A stretch of 64,000 nucleotides of DNA from an uncultured virus (IMG/VR IMGVR_UViG_3300044608_000291) (Duplodnaviria; Heunggongvirae; Uroviricota; Caudoviricetes). Position numbers and translations under genes: made by a program. This document shows positions 54,823 to 64,000 of the stretch, piece after piece. Where the stretch lies: the IMG/VR virus record IMGVR_UViG_3300044608_000291; one strand, written 5' to 3'. Each line of letters opens with the position of its first letter. Position 1 is the stretch's first letter. Below the pieces are notes generated by a model, which saw nothing but the letters and a program-made list of their open reading frames with translations, was not told where the DNA came from and searched no databases.

Positions 54823-57800
54823 TCTTCCAGCCCGTATGCTTTCAGTGATTGAACAATCTCATTCTTGATCAGATTTTGTTCAAACATATTAATCTTGAGC
54901 AGGGCTTGACGATCGGCGGGCGAATAGGCAGTAGTCCGCCGAATCTCATTAGCTTCTTGGCGCAGAGCGCGTAGCCGTCCGTTCACGTTCTTGTTGTATG
55001 ACTCTACAATCGCCTCATCGAAAGGATGCTTGGATATGTAGTCGTCATACTTGGGCGGATTCGTAGCAAACATCTTCAAGCGCCGCTCTATGTCGGCAAC
55101 TTTCTGCTCAGCCTTTGCGAACTCACGTGCATCAACATTCCCGCGTGTGCCGAAGAAAGACCCAAGCAACGGAATGTCGTTCTTGGGGTTGAACGCTTTC
55201 TCGCCAGTGGAAAGCTGCGATATCCCGTATGGCATCTCAAATAGCAGTTTAGCAAAACCATCAAGATAGCTATTAGCTAGGAAATACATTGTGTTGGGGC
55301 TGATGTCGATGCCCCCATCGCTCTCGTCCGCCAAGAACCGCGCGGCATCCCGATAGATCCCCGGAATTTTGTCCCCGGCGGTATACGCATCACCAAAACG
55401 ACGGTTTCGGTCGTTGTAAATATCCTGCCCTAGACCATTCTTGTTCATCGCAAACTCAATCAGCGGACGTGCAAAGCTAGGCGTAATCGAGTCAATAGCG
55501 AACTGAAGCGGCATCTCTGTAGCAGGCATCCGCGAGATCGGCAATGGGATGAATGAGTCAAACGCGATCTGCGTGAATACATTAGCTAGCGCATCACTAA
55601 CCTTTGCTTCACCGAATGTCGCTGAAGCTAGCTGTGCCCCGGCTGAAGCAAACGCGCCAAGGCCAAAGCCCCACGGGATCTGGATGATCAAGGGTTCGTC
55701 AAGATTCAATCCGAGCGAGTCTGTTACTGCCTTCGGGATGTGGAACCGTGCGTACCGAGTCCACTGCTGCATGTTGTCGTAGGCGACAGTATTGCGACCG
55801 AGGTCATCGTCATCCGACATCATGAGTGCCATCATGTAGACCATGACTCCGGACATGAGTAGTCCAGTCGTGGCGACTCGGGCATTCTTTTGCCGCTCTC
55901 CGTAATTCTTCCGCCATTTAGCAAGAGCGGCCGGGTCAGTTTGAATTGATGTCGGAAGAGATTTCTCTACGCTTTTGATATCTCTAAACGCAGGCGCTAC
56001 CGCTTCAATCGCGCGGACCGCACCAGTTGCAGCGGGACGGAAGAACATGAAGAGAGACCCGAGGATCTTGCCCCACTGTCCGACTTGTTCAAAGTTTGCA
56101 AGGTTCTTCACGTAAGCAACCGCTTTAGCTGCGGCCTCATCACGTGACATGCCTTGCTTAATATAACGGTCTCGAACAGAAGCAAAAGCTGCGGAACGAC
56201 TGGCGATCTCAAACATGTCGTTCCAGATATCAATAAACTTGTTGATATCTTCGACCTTACGCACAACGCCGTTTCGACCAATGCTCTTGTAGAGTTCTTG
56301 AAACTGAGAACGCAGGCTCATGCCTGCGAGATATGACACCATACCCCCAGCGCGGATGTACTCCACCATATCGCGGATGTACGGATCTTTCTGCGCCATC
56401 GAGTTGAGAGCGAGTTCAGCCTGTGCGCCACCTTTACCGTATGTGGCTGCAACCATCATGGCTTTATACAAACCATTGTTGAACACGACTCTATTTGAAA
56501 GAGTGCGCAAGAAGTCTAAGCCCGCCTTCGGCCCCATCTCTGCGCCAAGCGTAAACGCATTCGTGAACGCATCAGTCACGAAGTTCTTCGGCGCGAATTG
56601 ATAGTTGTAGCGAGTATGGGTCTTACCGATAAAGCTCGTGATTCCATTTGCCGCCGTGATGATGCCTTGCACCAACGGGTCAGATTGTTGGAAAGTTTTA
56701 CGGATCGATTCAAGATAATTCTTGTCCGCGATCTTCAATACGTAGACCGTGCCGTCTCTGTCATAGTGGAAGATGTAGTCTGCATTCTTGCTGTACTTCT
56801 CTAAGTCACCACTCTCTCGTTCAGCAAACGGGATGACCTTATACACAGATCCGCCCAATAGATTCTGGCCGTCTGGGTTTTTCTTCGGGTTCGCATCCAG
56901 AGAATTTTTAATCGCAAGGGTCACATCTTTACGCCCTGCGCGAACGGAAGCCCGGACTGCATCCGAGAGAGCCTGCAAGATCGGGTTGTCAGAAACGGTA
57001 GCACGCCCTTCCATCGCGAAGGTCGAATCCTGCAACTCCGCGCCCATCTTGCGGCTATTGGGGTCAAGCATTTCATCAGCTTCGGTCGCACCAGCGACCT
57101 TTTTACGCTCTTTCCCCTTTAACGGGACATAGTGCTTGTAGCCGTAGAAATTGACATGGTTCGAAACCGGGTCTGACCAGTAGTTTGATTCTTTATCCAG
57201 CTTAGCTGAAACGTCGGTTACTTTTTTCAGAGCTTTTAAGATGTCATCGATTTCTTTTAGATTGACATTACGTTTGTATTCATCCGTGATCTGATCTACC
57301 GACGCTTTGTTCATAGCCGTGACTTGATAGACATCGGCATCATCTTTATTAACCGGATAGAAGTTTGTATCGACTCCCGCAACGGTGCCATCTTTCTTGA
57401 CGACTTGCAGCGGACTCTGCCCAAACTTATCTACGTATGCAGTCGTCTCATAATTAACCGGCATACCATCAGCGTCGATATTTTTGAATACAAGTTTGTT
57501 GAGCCGCTTGCGTAAGGCTTCAGCTTCAGCCTTAGTGAGTTTGTCCTCTTTCAGAGACTTAAAGATTGCATCGCGCCGCGCATTCGCTTGATCAGTAAGT
57601 GGGACAAGCCGCAAGTATTTAATCATCCGACGCTCAGGTTCATGCAAAGCCTCAGTGATCAAGTGCAGTTCAGCGAGCACATCATCAATTTTCTTACCGG
57701 CCTTCTTCGCGTAGACATCAATCGCTTGCTCAAGTTCACGATAGACCGGTGCAACCTCGCGCAAATAATAGTCTTTGGCTTTACCCGTCGCGGTCGTAAT

Positions 57801-60800
57801 CGCACTATAAATAGCCGTGGTTTTTGGCCCGCTATACGTCAGCTTCCCTGCCATCGCAAGGGCATCTTCCCAAAGCTTGATGAAGTAGCGATCGTTCTGA
57901 AGATTACGTGCAACCCGCTGCATCCCCGGCACACTGAGCAAAGTCTTCCGCCAGTCATTCACTGTACGTGGACGCTCTTTGTTGTTCAGTTGGTAGTCAT
58001 CTGGGATCTTATTCAAACTAAGGACGGCTGCGGGCGCAGCAGTTGTCTTCTTAGCGGCAAGCGGTTCAACCTCAACAAGAGCAGGGGCAGTAATGATATT
58101 GCGGAAGATTTCAGCGGTCTCGATCAGCGCGTTACCTTCAAAGCCGGGGAGTGTGGCTAAGAATGCTTTGCCTTGTTTCGGTACATAACGCTTACCTTTT
58201 GGTTTCTCTACCTCGTCAACAACCGCATTATCTTCAGGCGTGACTAACTCTTCGACCGTATACAAATCGCGCTTCTGCTCCGGCTTCAATCGAGAATTAA
58301 GATCGCTAGCAAAAGCCTTGAAAAATTCGGGCCGCAATTCCATCGCAGTAGCACCGGGGCGCAGAAGATCAAACATCTTCATGAACATCTTCGTAAATTG
58401 ATGGAAGAGGTTCGCGGCTTTCTTGGTGTACTTTGCAAGTGGACGTGACTGGATGTTAGCTAACTCAGTTTGAAACCGAGTGTCGGTCATTGCGTAGCTG
58501 ACAAACTCATACAGACTTTCAAACGCGGGCTTGAATCGTCCGTTTAACTTCGGTTTTGCAGCGTCAAAAATCTTCTGTAAGTGCTGCATTGCCTCGCGCT
58601 GCGCGTCAGTCAGCGCGGAGGGATTGGTCAGATACGTGTAAATCGTCTGAACAGTTACTGCATGAACAATCTCATGCAGGACCGTAGTCTCATCCATCCC
58701 GTCTTTAGACAGGTAAATCGTATTAGTCTTGGGATCATACTCAGCAAGTTTGCCAGCCGCCTTCAGCCGTGCGTCAACATCCGCGCCTGTCTTAAATTGA
58801 GGCGGGTTCTTCATCGCAAAAGCGCGAATCGAACTGGCGATGTGCGACGTAAGAGCGGCAGAGATCTGTTGGCGAAGAGCAAGGATGTCGGCAAAGTCGC
58901 TCGTTGCTCCGGTACCTTTCAACTCGTCTTTGCTAGGCTGATATATGCGTAGCCCAGTTGCTGTCTTGGCAATTGAATCTAATACACGACTAAGAATAAT
59001 TGCAGGCCGAGCTTTGTCTGCTGATTCTAGGTCTTGTTGCAGAGTCTCTTTAAGGCTAGCGCCTTTACCCTTTTCTTGTTCGCTCTTGCGTGTTTCTTCA
59101 GCCGCGCGTTCATCAGCGCGGCGTTTAGTTTCAGCCGCTTGATCTTGTTCCCGTGTAGTTTCAATCACCTGCTGTCGCTTAGCACCGCGCACACCGGGGA
59201 CATACTCGCCCGTCTTGACTAGTGCGTCGGCAATTTTATCAACCGCATTCGTTACGTCCTGTACAGTCGGTCGGAAGACATCAAAATCTTTGCCCGCCGA
59301 GACTTCATTGACTGGCACCCCAAGTCGCGCAGCAACATCCGCGTTTACCGAATCAGTAAATGTTTTTTGAAGCTCAGGCGATAGCTGCCCCCAAGCTGGC
59401 AGATCAAAATCCACTCGATCAGATTGTTCAGCGCGAAACAAATCGTAGTTAACAGCCGACCGCTGCTCAGGAACCGACTGTTTCTTAGACCGTAAATCTT
59501 CTAACTCAGCAATTGCAGTCTGATGTTCGTCATACGTGTTGCGACGAATGTTGTTCAGATAGAAATCACGCTCAGCAAGTGTCAACTCGCCCCATGACGG
59601 GAGCGGTTTCTTTGCTTCACCGAATTCTTCTCGGGCTTCCTCGTACAGATCAATTACCGGCTGAGGCGTAGCGCCGCGCTCAAGATCAAGTTGACCTTGT
59701 TCCTTTGGTACAGGAGGTTGACGGACTTCAGTCTCGGCAGTAACTGTCTCAACCGGTTTTGGTTTGCGCCCGCGACGCGGGAACATTTCAATCTGTTCAC
59801 CAAGTGGCGCAGGTAGATCCGCAACAATTGCAGTTGGGGGAGTCAGCTCGACTTTTGGCGCTGCTGTTCCTTGAGCAGCCGCTTCTGTTCTTGCTTCTTC
59901 TGTTTGGACGGCTTGGGGGGCTTCAGTGACACTGGGGGCTCCTTGAGGTGGGGTAGCAGGAGTTAAAAGTGTGCGCGAGCCATTTGCTCGCATCGGGGAA
60001 ACCAAACCAGCTTGTTCCATCTGTTCAAGCAATCGTGCGGCGTGGTTATATCCGATCCGGAGTTGCCGTTGAAGCAATGAAATTGAAGGCCGCCCCGTCT
60101 TCGTGACAACATCAACTGCCTGATCATAAAATTGCTCAGACGTAGCCGCAGGAGGAGTCGTAGCCGCAGGAGGAGTCGTAGCCGCAGGAGGAGTCGTAGC
60201 CGCAGGAGGAGTCGTAGCCGCAGGAGGCGCGGGGGGTGCAGGTGTAGTAACAGCAGGCGCAGGAGGAGCGGGCGGAGGACCGAGATCCTCGGATAACAAA
60301 CCGCTAACCTTTGCTTGACGTTCCGCTTCGGCTTTCTGTTCTTCTGGGGTTAACGCAGTCTGTGTCTGTGTTTGTGCAGCCGCTTCGGCTTCCGCCTTGG
60401 CTTGGAGTTCAGCGCCGCGCTTAGCTTCCTCTTCCTGACGAGCTGCCATACGGGTACGGGCACCACCAATACCCCCCGGACCAACAGACATGCCGAATGC
60501 AGCCGCGACTGTATCAATGTATTCTTTTAACGCCTCAGCATCTTGTAGAGAAAGCTTAGCGCCGTAGCGTTCAGCAGCAGTCTGGATCAACTCGACCGGC
60601 GTTTCTTTCGCGCCGGTAACAAGAATGCCTTTGGTGATGTCCGTGGCAAGGTTGCCAGTAGACTTGGGATTTAACTTAAACGCACCAAGCGCGATCTTAT
60701 CGCCGATGAATTCCGCAACTGTTGAAACAAGACCCGCAGGAAGGACACGCTCAAGTTCAATGTCTTCTGGGCGTCCTGTTTCTTCAATAGCCCGACCCGT

Positions 60801-61517
60801 GACCCCACCAAAGCCTTGCACACCTGCTTGTGCGCCAAGACCAATTGTGGACCCGGTGCGCTTAGCTGCTTGTGTCAATACTTGCTTGGCTTCGCGCTCA
60901 ACAAATTCTTTAGCAGCTTGTTCGCCGCTTTCTGCCGCAATCTTCTGCGCGGCTTCCATCACGCCTTTCTTGATGAGCGTCTTGCCCACCAGACCAGCAG
61001 CGGCACCGGGGATAGCCCCCACACCCCCGCCACCGATACCCCCCGCAGTAGCGCCCCCGGCCATAAACACAAGAGATTCAAGAACACTACCGAGACCCGC
61101 GCCCACCTGATACGGTAGCCAGTCGGTCAAGACAGTAGTGATTCCCTTATCCCACGCATTTGTGAACGAGTCAGACTCGCGGACGGTTTGACGGGCTTCC
61201 CCCGCCTTCATAGTCTGGACACCGGCCTGCATCATCTCCGGACTACCAGCAACTTTGCCCGTCAATGCTTTTACCGCGCCATATGCTTCCTGCAATTGGC
61301 CGGGGATATTAGCGACCCCACGGAACAGATCACTGGACTTGTCTTCATCTGACAACCGACGTGGGCCGGGGGGAGGTGGCGTGTATTTCTGATAAGACGG
61401 CGCAGAGCTTTCAAATTGACCACGAAGATATGTCAGCCCCTCAAGTGATACCCCGTCTAAGTTGCCCTCACGTAGCGCGAGAAGATCAGGTAGAGAAAGC
61501 CGATCATAATCAATCAC
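54819..61517 (-). CDS. Large polyvalent/ejection protein (2232 aa): Gly-rich hydrophobic N-region, FtsK-gamma domain, zincin peptidase, LPD38-like C-terminus
   Basis: HEIVH at 58662-58676; FtsK-gamma-like segment at about 59962-60135; C-terminal IPWGFG..F, P..E..MNK..G..IY motifs. Confidence 0.82.
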   Translation of the reverse strand: MIDYDRLSLPDLLALREGNLDGVSLEGLTYLRGQFESSAPSYQKYTPPPPGPRRLSDEDKSSDLFRGVANIPGQLQEAYGAVKALTGKVAGSPEMMQAGVQTMKAGEARQTVRESDSFTNAWDKGITTVLTDWLPYQVGAGLGSVLESLVFMAGGATAGGIGGGGVGAIPGAAAGLVGKTLIKKGVMEAAQKIAAESGEQAAKEFVEREAKQVLTQAAKRTGSTIGLGAQAGVQGFGGVTGRAIEETGRPEDIELERVLPAGLVSTVAEFIGDKIALGAFKLNPKSTGNLATDITKGILVTGAKETPVELIQTAAERYGAKLSLQDAEALKEYIDTVAAAFGMSVGPGGIGGARTRMAARQEEEAKRGAELQAKAEAEAAAQTQTQTALTPEEQKAEAERQAKVSGLLSEDLGPPPAPPAPAVTTPAPPAPPAATTPPAATTPPAATTPPAATTPPAATSEQFYDQAVDVVTKTGRPSISLLQRQLRIGYNHAARLLEQMEQAGLVSPMRANGSRTLLTPATPPQGAPSVTEAPQAVQTEEARTEAAAQGTAAPKVELTPPTAIVADLPAPLGEQIEMFPRRGRKPKPVETVTAETEVRQPPVPKEQGQLDLERGATPQPVIDLYEEAREEFGEAKKPLPSWGELTLAERDFYLNNIRRNTYDEHQTAIAELEDLRSKKQSVPEQRSAVNYDLFRAEQSDRVDFDLPAWGQLSPELQKTFTDSVNADVAARLGVPVNEVSAGKDFDVFRPTVQDVTNAVDKIADALVKTGEYVPGVRGAKRQQVIETTREQDQAAETKRRADERAAEETRKSEQEKGKGASLKETLQQDLESADKARPAIILSRVLDSIAKTATGLRIYQPSKDELKGTGATSDFADILALRQQISAALTSHIASSIRAFAMKNPPQFKTGADVDARLKAAGKLAEYDPKTNTIYLSKDGMDETTVLHEIVHAVTVQTIYTYLTNPSALTDAQREAMQHLQKIFDAAKPKLNGRFKPAFESLYEFVSYAMTDTRFQTELANIQSRPLAKYTKKAANLFHQFTKMFMKMFDLLRPGATAMELRPEFFKAFASDLNSRLKPEQKRDLYTVEELVTPEDNAVVDEVEKPKGKRYVPKQGKAFLATLPGFEGNALIETAEIFRNIITAPALVEVEPLAAKKTTAAPAAVLSLNKIPDDYQLNNKERPRTVNDWRKTLLSVPGMQRVARNLQNDRYFIKLWEDALAMAGKLTYSGPKTTAIYSAITTATGKAKDYYLREVAPVYRELEQAIDVYAKKAGKKIDDVLAELHLITEALHEPERRMIKYLRLVPLTDQANARRDAIFKSLKEDKLTKAEAEALRKRLNKLVFKNIDADGMPVNYETTAYVDKFGQSPLQVVKKDGTVAGVDTNFYPVNKDDADVYQVTAMNKASVDQITDEYKRNVNLKEIDDILKALKKVTDVSAKLDKESNYWSDPVSNHVNFYGYKHYVPLKGKERKKVAGATEADEMLDPNSRKMGAELQDSTFAMEGRATVSDNPILQALSDAVRASVRAGRKDVTLAIKNSLDANPKKNPDGQNLLGGSVYKVIPFAERESGDLEKYSKNADYIFHYDRDGTVYVLKIADKNYLESIRKTFQQSDPLVQGIITAANGITSFIGKTHTRYNYQFAPKNFVTDAFTNAFTLGAEMGPKAGLDFLRTLSNRVVFNNGLYKAMMVAATYGKGGAQAELALNSMAQKDPYIRDMVEYIRAGGMVSYLAGMSLRSQFQELYKSIGRNGVVRKVEDINKFIDIWNDMFEIASRSAAFASVRDRYIKQGMSRDEAAAKAVAYVKNLANFEQVGQWGKILGSLFMFFRPAATGAVRAIEAVAPAFRDIKSVEKSLPTSIQTDPAALAKWRKNYGERQKNARVATTGLLMSGVMVYMMALMMSDDDDLGRNTVAYDNMQQWTRYARFHIPKAVTDSLGLNLDEPLIIQIPWGFGLGAFASAGAQLASATFGEAKVSDALANVFTQIAFDSFIPLPISRMPATEMPLQFAIDSITPSFARPLIEFAMNKNGLGQDIYNDRNRRFGDAYTAGDKIPGIYRDAARFLADESDGGIDISPNTMYFLANSYLDGFAKLLFEMPYGISQLSTGEKAFNPKNDIPLLGSFFGTRGNVDAREFAKAEQKVADIERRLKMFATNPPKYDDYISKHPFDEAIVESYNKNVNGRLRALRQEANEIRRTTAYSPADRQALLKINMFEQNLIKNEIVQSLKAYGLED
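60141..60227. repeat. 18-bp tandem repeat x4.8 (AATTPP linker)
   Basis: Unit cgtagccgcaggaggagt. Confidence 0.95.
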
Positions 61518-61519
61518 GT

Positions 61520-63406
61520 TTATTGTCCTTGACCAGACTTACGAGCAATAGCTGCATTGATTGCGTTTAGATCCATACCGCCTGAAGAAGTGCCTAAGTT
61601 GATACCGGCGCGTTTAGCATACGCTGTATAGGTCTGCCGCGCGCGACTAATTTCATCTTGGAATTGCTTGTCGAGATTCGACAACCTTTGAGCAGCCGTG
61701 TTGTACATGGATTCGGCTGTCTTATTATTTGGCTCTTTTTCTAGCATAGCGCGGGCTCTCGCCAATTGCTGCGCACTTGCCGCGTATTCGCCATTCGGTT
61801 TATTTTTAACTTCCGCAATCTGCGTAAATAGTCGGCTAAGATTTTTGTCTGCTTCAAGGAAGTCACGGTATGCTCTATCTTCCTGACGGCCAGTCTCAGC
61901 AAACCTTTGTTTGGCTTGTTCAAGCGCAAAAGTACGATCACGGTCGAGAGCTTGCGCCATAATGCTGGACTGATCGAGGCGGTTCTTTTCCTCATTATTC
62001 AGGAACGACCCAGCAGAACTCAAAGCAGAAGTCCGGGCACGAGTAGTTTCAGTGCGCCCAGCAGCCCCTGCTTTCTCTGCTGCACCACGTCGGCCAGCCT
62101 CAAGCCCACGGGCTTGTTCTTCTAAATCGAAGATGTCACGCATCCCGCGCTCACGTGCGGACTCTTCGCGTAGCGCGGCGTTCAACCCACTAGCCCCAGC
62201 AGCAGTCAATGCGCCGAGTCCACTTGTACGGCCACCGGCACCGATCAACGCTTGAATCAATTCACGTCGAGGAGCGTTACGCTCAGATTCAGCTAACGTG
62301 CCCCGCCGACGCTCGACTTCAGCGGCCCGTGCTCTTGCTTCTTCCTCTGCTTTTGGCCCCGCAAGATATCTTTCGGTTTCCTCCCGAATACGCCTTGCTT
62401 CTGCGTTTGGATCCATCGAAATATCGGCTTGAGCCTGTTCTCGATATTTTAGACCCAGCGGATCCGGTGGTCCTGCTCGTTGTGCTGCTTGTTGCTGTAA
62501 ATATGCAAGACCGCTTTCACGCTGTGTGGGTGCTTCGGGGCGCGGTGCAGCGGGGCGTGGTGCTTCGGGACGCGGAGCAGATGGGGGAGGCGTCTGATTA
62601 TCCGTCGGGGGCGCTCCTTCATAGGTCGCTACACCACCGGGAACCGCAGTCGGATCACCAAGCGTTCTAGTCGCCGCTTCAGCCGCCTCACGCCGACGCA
62701 CCCTATCATAAGCCGGTGTCATACTTGAACGATCGCCGCCGTATGCTGCTTCCGGTAGATATGGTATTGGCACACCAAGCGCACGTAATGGGCGTGTAAC
62801 GCCGGTTTCAAACGCCCCCATAAGCCCGCGCGGTACAAGGGTCGCAATATCATACCCAGCAGCGGCAAGTTTACGTAGCGCATTTAACATAGCTTCACGA
62901 TCGCCACGAGCCTGCGCCGCTTCAACCTCCCGTTTTGCTTCTTCTGTGTCTCCAGCAGAACCGCCCGCTTGAAAGGCAACAATCCCACCTCCAGCCATCC
63001 GCACATTACCTGCGCCGGGAGCAGCAGCGATCCCACTCATCAACGGGCTTTGCTGACCTTGACCCTGCATAGCCTGCATGATTTGCTTTAGCGCGGCTTG
63101 CTGTTGACGTTGATTATTTTGGGCGACACCAGTTGCTTGCTGGGCTACGCCTTGTGAAGGATTTACTTCACTCTTCGCACCTTCAACGGCTTCTTGCTGA
63201 AGCGCTTCGACAACAGTTGGCTGTTGCCCTTGCTGCTGCGCCATATCCGCGATCATTTGATTTTTCGCGGACGCTTGCATCTCTTTAACTTTGGCGAGCG
63301 CAAGTGCGTCAAGGAGATTGTTGGACATGCCCAAGCGTTTCATCAACGCAGCAGGATTACCTTTAAAGGTTTGAACCCGCGAGTCAACGTCACTATAGAT
63401 AGACAT
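61520..63406 (-). CDS. Putative ejection/internal virion protein
   Basis: 628 aa, Ala/Gln/Arg-rich helical; PTVVE and MAGGGIVAFQAGG motifs. Confidence 0.7.
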   Translation of the reverse strand: MSIYSDVDSRVQTFKGNPAALMKRLGMSNNLLDALALAKVKEMQASAKNQMIADMAQQQGQQPTVVEALQQEAVEGAKSEVNPSQGVAQQATGVAQNNQRQQQAALKQIMQAMQGQGQQSPLMSGIAAAPGAGNVRMAGGGIVAFQAGGSAGDTEEAKREVEAAQARGDREAMLNALRKLAAAGYDIATLVPRGLMGAFETGVTRPLRALGVPIPYLPEAAYGGDRSSMTPAYDRVRRREAAEAATRTLGDPTAVPGGVATYEGAPPTDNQTPPPSAPRPEAPRPAAPRPEAPTQRESGLAYLQQQAAQRAGPPDPLGLKYREQAQADISMDPNAEARRIREETERYLAGPKAEEEARARAAEVERRRGTLAESERNAPRRELIQALIGAGGRTSGLGALTAAGASGLNAALREESARERGMRDIFDLEEQARGLEAGRRGAAEKAGAAGRTETTRARTSALSSAGSFLNNEEKNRLDQSSIMAQALDRDRTFALEQAKQRFAETGRQEDRAYRDFLEADKNLSRLFTQIAEVKNKPNGEYAASAQQLARARAMLEKEPNNKTAESMYNTAAQRLSNLDKQFQDEISRARQTYTAYAKRAGINLGTSSGGMDLNAINAAIARKSGQGQ

Positions 63407-63415
63407 AGCGCTACC

Positions 63416-64000
63416 TTAATTCTGTCTAAAGAGTGTATCCAACAGGCTCAAGATGCCGCCTGTGCCGCCAAGAATCTCGGACAGAGCACTGGGCGCTTGA
63501 TAGCCGTAGCTTTGCGCCGCAAGGGGAAGCCCCTGCAAGAGTGATTGCGTAAACTGCACTTGCTTGTACGGAAAGTCGCGCTGCTCTTTGAACTGTTCAT
63601 AGTCCGCAGTGATACCTTGCTGTTCGATATCGCGCTGTTGCCCGCCAAAATCAGCTTGCTTTTGTAGCGCCGCGAGACCGTACTGCTGCGCAGCTTGATT
63701 CGCAGCCATCTGACGTTGCTGCTCAGTATTGAACTGCCCTTGTGCCACGTCGTAAGCTGACTTATAGCCCTCGCCTAATGTACGTGCGATATTGGCCCCA
63801 AGTCCACGCTCAAGTTCACCCTCAAGAATCGCTTGCCGTCCGCCACCATAAGCACCGGCTCTAGACATCCGCGAAGCATTCTCCATCCTACGGATATCCG
63901 CTTGACGATTCATCTCGTCAATCTGAGGCTGCAATGCCGCCGTCAGATACGGGTTCATATATTTACTGGCTGTACCTTGATCAGTAAACGACCCCGGCGT
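63416..64000 (-). CDS. Putative DNA ejection protein (5' end outside window)
   Basis: Frame open to 64000 (TPGSFTDQGTASKYMNPY...); GAYGGGRQAI motif; Gln-rich; hydrophobic Gly-rich C-end. Confidence 0.72.
   Translation of the reverse strand, partial: TPGSFTDQGTASKYMNPYLTAALQPQIDEMNRQADIRRMENASRMSRAGAYGGGRQAILEGELERGLGANIARTLGEGYKSAYDVAQGQFNTEQQRQMAANQAAQQYGLAALQKQADFGGQQRDIEQQGITADYEQFKEQRDFPYKQVQFTQSLLQGLPLAAQSYGYQAPSALSEILGGTGGILSLLDTLFRQN

Overview
Most of one tailed dsDNA phage genome (podovirus-like gene content; host probably Proteobacteria, an inference). Minus-strand late arm, 32078 down to 1: TerS, TerL, portal, GroES, scaffold, major capsid, a capsid-decoration/glycosylation island, lysis genes, small basic proteins, head-tail/tail genes, and a >2366-aa repeat protein that the ORF track misses because it runs off the window. 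Plus-strand early/replication arm, 32432-54822: DUF3150-like/AAA+/VWA-peptidase triad, VRR-NUC, tRNA-Leu(UAA), many small ORFs, a methyltransferase, PolA, PD-(D/E)XK exonuclease, SNF2 helicase, SSB, HTH and primase-helicase. Minus-strand ejection-type genes occupy 54819-64000 and probably continue the late arm through a circular permutation. No integrase, RNA polymerase, reverse transcriptase or CRISPR was recognised. Main highlights: (1) three paralogous capsid-decoration genes interleaved with two GT32-like glycosyltransferases, an O-acyltransferase and two duplicated micro-ORFs, a candidate virion glycan-decoration system; (2) a three-helix interleaved pseudoknot leader directly in front of that island; (3) eight copies of a 16-bp palindrome CCTGACA-NN-YGTCAGG across the early arm, plus a duplicated promoter module and a dyad-symmetric origin-like region; (4) an FtsK-gamma DNA-binding domain inside the 2232-aa polyvalent protein; (5) a structured RNA with an anti-Shine-Dalgarno loop before the helicase. 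All family calls are motif recognition by eye, not database searches.
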